A DNA stretch of 64,000 bases from the NCBI RefSeq assembly GCF_032062105.1, contig NW_026936150.1, positions 186,001-250,000 on the forward strand. The letters are read 5' to 3'. The notes beneath the pieces are model-generated. The model searched no databases and was not told the DNA's origin. It saw only the letters and a list, made by a program, of their open reading frames with translations. Shown piece by piece: positions 25,401-37,400 of this stretch; the first letter of the stretch is position 1; the number at the start of each line of letters is the position of its first letter. The stretch comes from Saccostrea cucullata (lineage: Eukaryota). The position numbers and the translations under genes were made by a program.

Positions 25401-28400
25401 GGTTCTCAAACAGAGATAGGGAAAGGGAACTGGAGGCCCAGATTAGACGGGAAATGGGGAAAATTGAAATGCATGACGGGAATTTCAAACCATGGGGAAG
25501 AGATGCTTATCAGAATCCCTCACATCATCCGGTAAGATTGCATCATGGACATTTGCTGTCGTCTGCTTTTTAACAACGACGTCATTGTTTTTGTAGCAAT
25601 TTCATCGTATATCCGTTTAGCCATTTCATTCTTTTCATGTAGTTTAGAGGGCAACATGGACTTCAAGATTTTTCAAATGGACAATCAGAGCCAATTTGGC
25701 TAAATGGATTGGATTTCAGAAGAGTTTTCCTTCTCTAAAATTGACTGCTATGGAAATATATCTTCTCTTCACATATCATTCAATAAAATTTCAAGCGCTC
25801 ACAGCCACAGGGAAAGTAAACTAAAGTGGAATTCCTAGGTTGCCTTAAAACCAGTGTACAGGTTAATGCAAGGAGATTTGGATGGATGATACAAAAGATA
25901 AATATTAGCCATATCTTAGTTTCGTAAGCGCTAGTTGATTTCCTTTTATTGATACATGGACCGTTAATCACCGTTTGATTATTTTCTTTACGTGGTCGTT
26001 GTCATAGCATGATGTACCTCAATGAAAAGATCCTTTGAGAAAATTTTCTGAGCGAGCTTACAATACGATTGAACTCCATTTCAGTCCGAGGAAGAAAATT
26101 ATATGCGTTTTCTTTGTGTACATTCGTTTCCAAATCCGCGTAAAAATCAAACACAAAAAGATTTATTAACATAACCGACGATATAGCATTATGCTTCACA
26201 CATTTTGATGATAAATTTTTGCAGAAGTAAAGGCAAGGCACGGAAGTTAACAAAAATTATAAAACAGCAATTAAATTCTTTAAATCAAATATCAAATAGC
26301 AGTAGAAATGAAAAGAAGATCTTTATATTTTTGTTCCTTTAGGGGATATTAAAATTCGTGATATTTTATGCACTTCATTCATATGTTTGTATAGAACTCT
26401 TTCAAGCTTACATGCAATTATTTATTTCAACCTGGTCTTGGTTCCTTTAGAATTTTATATCAATACTGCCTTTACAGGTTTCACTATTGATTTTACGTGG
26501 TATCTTTTATGAGATTTAGCTTGATATTGGATCTGTCTATCGATATCCCAAGTAATCGATACGGCTTCCATTTGTAGGGCCCTAACTATGTAAATGACCG
26601 CTACTTACGCCCAGAGGAGCGCCAGGTTTGATTCTTTTCGTGGGCTTATGTTCTTTACACGTCATCTGTATATAATCTCAGTCATTTACTCATCATCTCA
26701 GTCATTTATCCATAAATCATTTCAAAAAAGGCTTAATTTAGAAACATTTATATAAAAAACATTTTTGTTTCATATTCCATATCGTTTATCACGCATCTTC
26801 ATTATGCTTTGTGCAGGTTCGTTTTTTCGCATATTCATCAAGTGTATGCTTTATTTCACGAATGCTTGTATTCAGAAGTACTTTGTCGACGTTATTTCTT
26901 TGAAATTTGAATGCACAATTTTTGGATCAGTTGCAAAATTATTCAACATTTCTTCTTAAGAGAACTGAAAGTAAATCATGTCTGTGTGGAGTGGTTGTTG
27001 TAAACAGTTTGCATTGTGATGTCTTTTACTCTGAAAGTTTTTCTATTCGTAATTTACTAATTTATCAAGTGGAGAATCATATTTGAAATTTGAATGTTTA
27101 AAAAGTATGATTTTTCAGTTACGACATCAACTGGACTACGACAAGTCTCCTGTGACTGAAAGCAAACCCGAGAACCAGGTTTGTCACTGAAGCCCAGCTT
27201 AGGTGTTGTGACCTGTACAATTCTCCTCAAAACAATAGCATACATTATTCAGATCATTCAAAGTGCATGTTGGTGTGATTAAAGAAAGCAAGACCTTGCT
27301 TTTACCTAATTAACAGATATATTTTTGGATTTTCTCAGGCACCATGTTTTTTCTTTAGTGTTGAATTATAAATTCTTGTTTGAGAACATTTACATACCTA
27401 CGTTCAAAGAAGCAGGTGCCCTTGAGTAACCAATAAATGCAGTATAAATCAAATAAATCTTTATTTAGACAAACTTCCTATCATGTTTACTCACCTTACA
27501 TTCTCATTTCTTCCACAATCTATACAAATAAGACATATAAGGTGTATTGACATTGAATTTAATTCTGCAAGCGATACAATGTCATATATCAAAATGAGTC
27601 CAATAAATACATGACCGTCTTAAATTGAATGTTACATATCTTACTCTGTAAAAGATTTCACATTTTTTAACAATTAAAATTGACATCTTTTTCATTATTC
27701 TCTGTCTCTTTGTTCATTTTCTCCGGTTATACTCTTAAAAATCAGATTTAAGCTAAGTAAATAAAATAAGAATGGTGTTCTAGTGTCTGCATTAAATATT
27801 CTTGTAGGATGTTAGGCCCCAGACTGAACCAGCCCTTCCAATTCGGTCTGATTTCGAGGTATATAATCCGTATCATCGTGTGACGCTTTGGTACACAAGG
27901 ATGAATCTATGAACTGTCATGTTTTTGTGTGTATGGTTCACGACGGTTTTGCACTTGAATCAAAGTATAAATATATTCATTGTGTACTTTCCAAACTCTT
28001 GAGCATCAAACTGTATATATATTTATTTCTAGCACATCGGGTATCACCGGGGCGTGTGCCAGTATATTGTATGCATCTGTATAGGAATGGCGTGTATACA
28101 GAACAAATTATCAACATTGTACCTTTATTTCTATTGATATGTTTTGCAGCCCAAGTCTACCAACAGTGGTGTCTACCTCTTTGTCAGAACCAATAAACTC
28201 GCCAAGGCTGATGTTGTTAAAGCGCTTCAGGAGGGACGTTCTGTTCTCGCCAACTCGTACGGACAACTCAAAGGCATCGCCACTAGTAGAGAGGTAGGCC
28301 TTACTTCAGTATCAAGACATAGATAATTAAGGTACATTGGTGTGATTTTGCAAGCAATAATGCATTCCCAAGTTACTGGACGAAATACTGCTGGAAAAGC

Positions 28401-31400
28401 TTACTATAACACTTACCGCGATTTCGAAAATGCTGCGACATGGTCTAAATTCACGATAAATTTTGGCTTCTTGAACAGGTTGGTTTTTATTCATAAAAAA
28501 TCATGTTAACAACTTCAAAATTAATGATATGATGCGACTGCTTTAAGACTGGTTAAATTTCTTCAACGTCGCAGCATTTTCATCCAAAATTTATCGTGTT
28601 TTTCGTGTTTTTGACCATGTCGTGCTTTTTCGAAAGAAAATAAAAGAAGACAGAAAATGGAGAGTGTGAGTAGTTTATCTATCATATATGTAAATATAAT
28701 TGACAGTGAAATATATAACGATCTGCAGATTTAACCAAAATTTTCTTTTTTCTTTCAGATCAATCTTTTAGAGGGCCGCGCCGATGGATGGACACACAAA
28801 CCATCGACAGAACCCAACAAAGTTTGGGATATCGATGATATAGTGATCATCGTCTGGTTCCCGACAAGCAAGGAAGCGGAAATGTGGCTTTGTCACGAGA
28901 AACACTTTCGGAACGCATCTTTTCCAGAATTCTATGGGTCAGACATTGTTGTCTTGCCGATTAACTGGAACCCAACAAATGGTAATTTGATTCTGATTAT
29001 GATTAACATGTATTTCATTTTATTATATTATTAAACTTTAACAGAGAGAAAACGGTTCCAACATTGTTAAAATTAAAATATTTAATATCATTCTCTATGA
29101 TTCTTTTTAGATCGCCATTACCCTACATTCTTAGTGACAGAATACGAAGGAATCGTTGATCCCGATCAATTCAGGGAAAAATTTGTCACGAACATGAATG
29201 GCGTTTTGCAAAAACATAAAGCCGAGCGTTTTGTCATCCAGACAGTGGGGATCAAAAATCTCAGAGGAAACTGGTTTAAGAAGAGGAGTGTGGTTACATG
29301 CAATAGGTTCCCTTCCAGCGAAGCGGCCTACCAATTCTACAACGATCGTAAGTACAGAAGAAAGTAGTCAGGCAAATAGCCCGCCTTTGCTTCTCTATGC
29401 TATTTCAAGTTTACTGGACAAATTTGACCAAGTTGTTGAGTAACAACTTTCTTCTGTTTCAGCTGAATACGAGAACCTCAGAAGATCATTGCGGGACATA
29501 TCTAAAAATAGAACCACTGTAATGTTCACTCTAACAGAACGTCCTGTGTGATCACGTGACACTGGGATCGACTGTTGCCAAAAACACTCTACAAAGTCTG
29601 TGATATTTTTAACACATTGGATACGAACCTGTCGCCTGGTAGTTGTTGCGAATGTAACTTCTGATCAGTATTATTCGGGAGTAGTCAGCTTTAACCCTTA
29701 CATTATTCTTGTCTTTTACATTTTATTTCCATGAAAAAAAGGGTTTAGGAATAGAACGAAAACTTACAATAAATATCGCTAAGAAATAAAACAAAACATA
29801 GTTCAGATTTATATGTTCTAGTTAGAGTATGTGTAAATATATATACAACACATACAAAGGAAGGCTTCCTGTTAAAAGATCTATGGTTTGTTTTAAATCG
29901 TGTAGTCTTTTGCTACAATATTGAGAAATAACTCTACTAAACTTTTATACTAATATTCTTCCAACCTTTCATAGAGTTTCATATTTATATATTTTACATT
30001 TCATTTCTTGCACCTGTGTAAATTATTTATTTTTCACTATTTATTTGCTGTATGTATTGGGAAGGTATTCTTGAATAAAAGAATAAAAACAGTTAATCAT
30101 GTTTTTCTTGTTAAATTGTATACAATCATAACTTTATCGATTTTTATCACCAAATAATTTAATTTTAGTTGTAACCCGTCAGTTGATTGGGTAAAAGATT
30201 TAATCCATTTTGTATAACGTAAGTTGCCTACGTCACAATGAGTTACGTCAAAAACGTATTACTCCGCTTGACGTTACTTTTAAAATTTGCTGAATTTGAA
30301 GCCTTTTTCTGGAGGAAAAATTGTCTCATTGTCAACACTGAAATTAAATTATATTGGGGCGGTTTACGCTTTTTATATTCCGCTTCGGGGTTTATAAAGC
30401 GTAAACTCCCCCAAGTTATGTCATATCGGATAACATAAGTTGAAATAAGCTTCATTCCTTAAATACTGAGTAAGCATATGACATATACAAGTATTTAAAA
30501 CAAACTGTATTTTGGCCAGCTTCAGAGATATTTAAACATACCAATATATGGTAATATGACCTTTCAATTTTTATAGACTTGCTGTTCTCCATATCAAAGC
30601 AGGCCATCTATTGAAATAAAACATTTACCATATTGAAATAATTACTTTTATGTGATAAAAAATATCTATTTTTTTTTTAAAGCAATTTTTTAAATCGACA
30701 TAACATCATGTTATAGGATATTTGGATTTAATAATATCTTTTATTATATGATAGAATAATTTCCATCTCTCCGATTGGCTGAGATCCAACTATGTTAGAA
30801 AAATACTACGTTGTATTGACCTGCACGTGACGTTCCAGGTCAATACAAGGATTTATTTCCTCTACATTGATCTAAAAATAGATTGGGAAATTCCAAATTG
30901 ATACAAATTGATTTGGAAAGCTATTTAAACTACTATAACTTTTTTTTTCATGTGAAGAAAACATAAGCGAATATATATTTTCGGGTGAGGATGGTAAGAG
31001 GGGATGCAGGGACACTCCTCCAACACCTTTACTGAACAACAATTTTTACTTTTTGGCAGTCAGTTTTCCCTGATAATACTCCTTCCATTAAAAATCTATC
31101 CTAGAAAAAAGACTGACATTTTTTTTTCATGGCAACAAAAATTGATTAAAAAAAACTTTAAAAAAAATAAATACGACCTGTAAGGTTGATTAACATTTTA
31201 ATTCTGCTTCTCTCTTAATTGTATTTGGATAGGACTTAATTAAATGCAAACAAGTAATGGTTTTATCATTTTATTAGTGAATCATATAATAAAACAATTA
31301 TTGCTGTTTTTTTCAAATGATTTAGCCATCTTCGAATACAATATCACCTCGCCCTCCGGGCTCGGTGAATATTGTACTCCTCAGATGGCTAAATCATTGT

Positions 31401-34400
31401 ATTGACCTCAAAACACAGCAATAATTGTATAATATTTTTGTTTGTGTATTTCAGTTGACCACATCCGCGTTATTGTAGGCTAAAACACAAATCTACTTGA
31501 TTTGGTTAAACCTTGAATGAGCCTTTATCAGTTTATTTCTGTGACATGATTTTATTATAAATTAGAGTAATCTATTGCTTTTATTCAGCGAAAACAATTT
31601 ACCATTTATTCTTTTTGTAACTTTATCTCTATTATTTTAAACAAAGCTAACCTTATAAAGACTAATTTGGATAATGATGACAAAGCCTTTTAACCACATT
31701 CTATAATACATAATTCAACTTCAATGTCACAGTATAGACATGTAAAAGATATTAGTCGATACTGCAATGTTAGGTGTATCGAAATATTTTTCAATTCTTA
31801 AAACGTAATTAAAGGTAATTTATGTTTTTGAACTTGTCATTATCATCTACAAAATTCTCTGTTAAAGTCTTCAATTCTTCACACAAAAGCTGATTTGTTT
31901 CCACATAAAAATATCTCTATATTCTTTAAAAATTCAGTTCAAATTCCCATGGGCATTGCATCCCTATATTAACTGTTTTTTGTTCTCTCTAAAAACAAAT
32001 TCGTTCAAAAATTTTTACGAGGAAATATGCCTTGTTGAGACATTGGGTTGGTTGGACATAAAAGATATCGACGACGCATTATCAAATTACAATATAGTTT
32101 CTTCCATTCAAATGTCAATTCGATATATCTCATGAAGTGAACTTGAAATAAACAGGTCGGGTACACTACCTTATATGGAAGACAATTTTTAAAACGTAAC
32201 GATGTTTTCGTCACACCCGTTCTCCAATCAAATGAATGAGTACCAAAGCATGACAGCGTACTATGTGTTTACGATTCAATAGCGACATGTGGTTTTCGTC
32301 GGTTTACTGCATTATATTTACTTCGTCACCGGAAAAACTGTAGAGTTTCTTTTTCACTGTATAAGGCCAAAATTGACAGATTATATTCCAAAGACACGGC
32401 TCCATACTCACATTTTATATTGGAGTTGTATTAGATGATTAGTATTTTCTTCAAATACCGTGCAAACGCTTTGACATTTGCATGTACGTAAAAATTTTTG
32501 ATAATATTGATGGGTTAATTAATAGTTGTCCATCGTGTACTGCTGTCTAAAACTACGTACACGTATATCACGTGAAAAAAAACCTCTCAGTGCTTTATCG
32601 ACACGATAGCACCTACGTCTCTATGAACAATGGTATAGGCCGATGTATTATAAGTTGATATAACGCTTCATAAAGCAAATTTTGTAAATGTGTTCATAAA
32701 AATGAAAGATTATACACCATTTTAAATATTTCTTTTATAAATCTCAAAAAAGAATTTAAAATAAGTTTCCAAGGGACAATTCAAGTTGCCCTTTATTTTC
32801 AACACAACAGGGTACTTGTAGTAGCCCACAATGCTTTGTGACTCCTTCATCAGTGAGCAAAGTAAACAGATAGCTAATTTACATTCAAATTAATGCTGAC
32901 GTCAGAAAATCTAGTGGTCTCGACCTGATAAAAGATACAACAGATTCTGATACATCTGTTTCGAATTAAATTAATTGATAGAAAAATACTTTAATGGTTA
33001 TCAAACAACAAAATTTTATGATATAACTGATGACTTCAACTTCCCCAATGCAGCTGTGTGCCCATATCACTTGCATTCGGCGTTCATATCTTCAGCTGAT
33101 GCGATACACGAGAGCATGCTCTATAAAGCAATCAATTTTTAAAACGGGGTAAATTATTGACAACCAAATAAATGAAACTAGTTTATCGAAGAAATCAAGT
33201 TAAACTCATCATTTGACAAGTTCTATGGTCAATTCAATGACCCTATCAGCAAATACAAAATATCATTAAGTTAAATGATGATTGACATACTTTTGTTTTT
33301 GCACTCTTAGATGTCAACGGACATTGCCGTTATTTCCTGATCATAACTTGAGCTCACGAAGGGTGCGACTTGTTGGCAGGGGATGCTCACTCCTCTTTGA
33401 TTCCTGATCCCATCTCTTTTGACTTAATTAGAGGTTCGTGTTTGCTCTGCTCCTGAATTGTATATCGGTTGAATGGATTTTGAGCTTGAATACTATTTGT
33501 TATCTCTATATAATTCACTGTAGTTGATTTTTTGTCGCCAAGTTGATTCGAGGAGATACACAAGTTGTAAGTGCAAACATTTCTAAAACGCATTCAAATA
33601 TATGGGTTGATGATCAAAAATTCAACGCATTATACTTTAAATTTCGATATAACAACTTTGTATCACAGACACAATCCGTGGTAATCGGACTGCTGCCTTT
33701 TCATGCAATATGAAGATAACATACGGTAATCATGCTCAAAAAGTTCTTTAAACAATATAAATCAGGAACAGAGCAAGCGAATACCAGAGATGGAATCAAG
33801 TGCCATGGAGGAGTAAGCATCCTATGTCGACCGGTCACACTCTCTGGATGCTCTTTGTCATGATCAGGTAAACGGAACAAATCCCTGGGAAAAAAACATC
33901 CGTAGACACTTCATTTAAAAAAAAATGGCAATTTTTAATAAAACGCTATTCAAAATTCCACTTAATGATAGATTGTATTTGTTGACAAAGTCCTTCTATC
34001 AATTCTATGAACTACTATTGTTTGCAGCTAACTGTAAAGTTTCACATTACTTCACGATCTTTTTCGTCAGATGCATCCAGCGTAAACAGTTCACGTGATT
34101 GGTCGACTCAAATTATCAACATTGACACGGAAATAGTTTGTTGCACGAGAAACCAATCAAGGATAAGAAGAAAGTTCCAGTCGTAAAGCTTGCGGTTAGG
34201 AGGCCTGTACAATTTACCTTGAGAGCAGCTGTCAACTAGATCGTGACGTAACGTGAAACTTTACAGTCGACTGTAAAACAATAGTAAAGAATTTGCGAAA
34301 TTCAGCGAGCTTTCAGCGAGACTGTTGATATCCTCGTTTCATCATTATTTGTCCATAGTTTGTCTTTTTCAGGTTTTGTTCGTACGTAGAGTATGTTCTT

Positions 34401-37400
34401 GCTTATCAATTCAAATAGAAGACAAACTCTGTATGCAGTGATATTGCATAAGGGTATATTGCTGCATAAATAAGGGAACTTGGCAATACAATTGTTAAAG
34501 TCTTCACCTTATCATTAAGTAAATATTCAATTTAGTGTTAAAACAGATTTGTCAGACTCTGTGGTGTTTAAATTTTGAGTTCATAGGGATACATGGAATC
34601 AACATAGGAATGAAAATGAATATTTTTCGTCAGTAGAATATCGTCGCTATATTAAAATATTTAATTGAAGGCCATAGCGAAGTGCTTTTTCATTCCACGC
34701 AGAAGGCGTTTTAGGAATTTTCTCCTTTACATGAATACAAACATACATCTGCAAATAATGAATCGCAATAAGTTCCCATGGAAATTCTGACAAATTGTTG
34801 GAAACTTGATTTAAAGTATAGTACAAAGATATTGTCAATCATAAACCCAACCATCTTTCGAATAACATTTTGAGGCCAATAAGTGTATAAACCGAATGTT
34901 TTAATGTGAATAAACTAGTTCCATTTAAAGAAAACAATATTCTAAAATGATTTTGGTAAAATTTGGTGATTGTTAATAAATCCACGAATTAAGATCCTCT
35001 TTAACAATAGCCTTGTCAAAGTATCGTGAAATACTAGTAATGTCCCCGCAAATTAGCAAAAATGTTTTGTTCAGAAATATCTTATTCGCAGATCAATATG
35101 AATTCACGTATCATTCGTTATTTTTTACATTTCTTTGAAAAAGTAAATGTAAAATGGTAAAATCTTTCTCTGATTAAGTTAAGTTAGATGTGAAGCGAGG
35201 AATAACGAAAAGACAAAACATTATTTTCCGCTTTGCCATGTTGACAAGAAATTGGTAAGACCTGGTTAGCAATGCCACGAAACAGAGAGCTTTGCTTTTG
35301 CAAATTATTTTTTATATTAAAAAAGTCAAGCTTGAAAAGAAATGAATGATCGTGCATCCTTCTGCTTATTTTTACCTTTTTATCAAAACTGTTACTAGAA
35401 GAAAACACTTGCTGTGGCCTTCAACTTGACATTTAGATATATCGACGACGCATTGTCAATTAACAATGGTCATTTCCATTCCTACGTCGATACGATATAT
35501 CCTGGTGAGCTTGAAAAAAGATACGACAGAGTCTGACAAATTTGTTTCGTACTTGGATATTTGACTTGAAAAAGACTTTAAAGGTAATCTAACAACCAAG
35601 CTATATGATAAACGTGATGACTTCAACTTTTCTATCGTCAACTTCCCTTACTTATGCAGCAATATACCTTCATCACCTGCATACGAGGTCTATATATTTC
35701 AGTTGATTCGATACGCAAGAGCATGCTCTATGTATGAACAATTTCTAAAACGAGGTAAATTATTGATAATTTAACAAGTTGATGAAACAAGAGTATCAGC
35801 AGTCTCGTTTAAAGTCATCATTTCATAAGTTCCATGATACAATGACCTTGTCAGCAATACAATTTATCATTGAGTCGAATGCTGACTGACGTTTTTCATA
35901 CCAATTGTTAGTCCATTATTCATACACCGAATTGAGACGGATTTTTCCGTTATTTCACGATCATGACAATGAGCACACGGCGATTGTGACCGGTCACATG
36001 GGATGCTCACTCCAGCATGGCACCTGATCCCACTTCTGATGTTTCGGAGGTCCGTGTTTGCTCTGCTCCTATTTTGTATTGTTTTATGGACTTTGATATT
36101 GAATACAGTTTGTTATCTCCATATCCTTCTTCCAAGTAACAGCTAGCTTAAGAACATTAAGGGATACAATGTATCTGTGTTATGTCTTTATAGATTCAAT
36201 TGCTGGAGGGAAACGAGGGTTGGGATATCCATGCTCACATCACACGCACCGGCGACTACTGGTTAGAGCAGTCCCGAGAGTCCACAGAAATCAATGACAT
36301 CATCATCGTTATCTGGTTCCCGACCTTTAACGATGCGGAGAAATGGGTCATCAGCGAAAAGCACTTCAAGATCTCTAACTACCCTGACCCGTACGGAAGT
36401 GACGTTTTAATCCTGCCGTTAAATGATAGTCAGCCTCAGGGTAAGGCTATTTTGTGAGAGAGTGATAGCTAATGATTTAAACTAAGCAATTCTAGAAATA
36501 AAAATATATTTTCATTAAATTTTCTCTGTTTGTTGAGCTTAATAAGATTATAATTTAGCTTCCTTCTTTTCAAAGTAAAAAATATTTATTACCTGGAAAA
36601 ACAATTTCGTTCTCTACAGAATTTTGCTGCAGAAATCTTGTTTTATAATAAATGACCACAAGGTCCGTTCAGTCTAAAGTTTCTTAGCTATAAAAAAAAT
36701 TTAAAGGAAATATTTTTGTCAAAGATTTCAAATTATATATTCATTTATTTTGATTATGTATGTATTTGACAGAGAGGATAGCGTACACGTACTTAATGAC
36801 GGAATATCCACGGACAATGGACTCGGATCATTTCCGTGACGTCTTTGCTCCTAGGATTCGGGCTCTACTCCAGAAGAAGTACGGTATAAATGAGTTCTTC
36901 ATCCAGTCTGTCGGTGCCAAAGTGATCCGCGGGAGCTGGCTTAAAAACAACAGTATTGTCACCGGCATCCAGTTTCGGAACCGGCGGGAAGCCCAGGATT
37001 TCTTCTTTGACCGTAAGTATTTGACTTTATACGTGTATTGGTTGATCTTCTTTGGCCGGAAGTATTGGACTTGATACGGTGTATTGGTCGAGTTAGTGTG
37101 ACTTGTTCACAAAATTACAGTTAGTCCGCAAGTTTCAAATTAAATATAAGGATAGCGCTGATTTTTACAATACTTATTCTGAAAAATCAAAATGGCCACT
37201 CAATACTCAAGTATCCTCATCATTCTTTTGCTTTTTTGCTTGCATTACTATAAGATAGAGCTATGGGAATGCTTAATTCCCCCGTTTTTTTGCAATAAAA
37301 GTATCACGTTCTTTTGGCCGTCTACAAAATGAAATAAATTACATTGAACAGTTTTAATATATGATTATATATTATTAATAATTTTCTTTAATTTTCAGCT

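Noticed and set aside
32232-32282. MNEYQSMTAYYVFTIQ resembles a DUF1330 N-terminus and could be the missing first exon for cassette B
   Set aside because: An in-frame TAG follows immediately, there is no suitable donor, and there is no similarity to exon 28150-28293.
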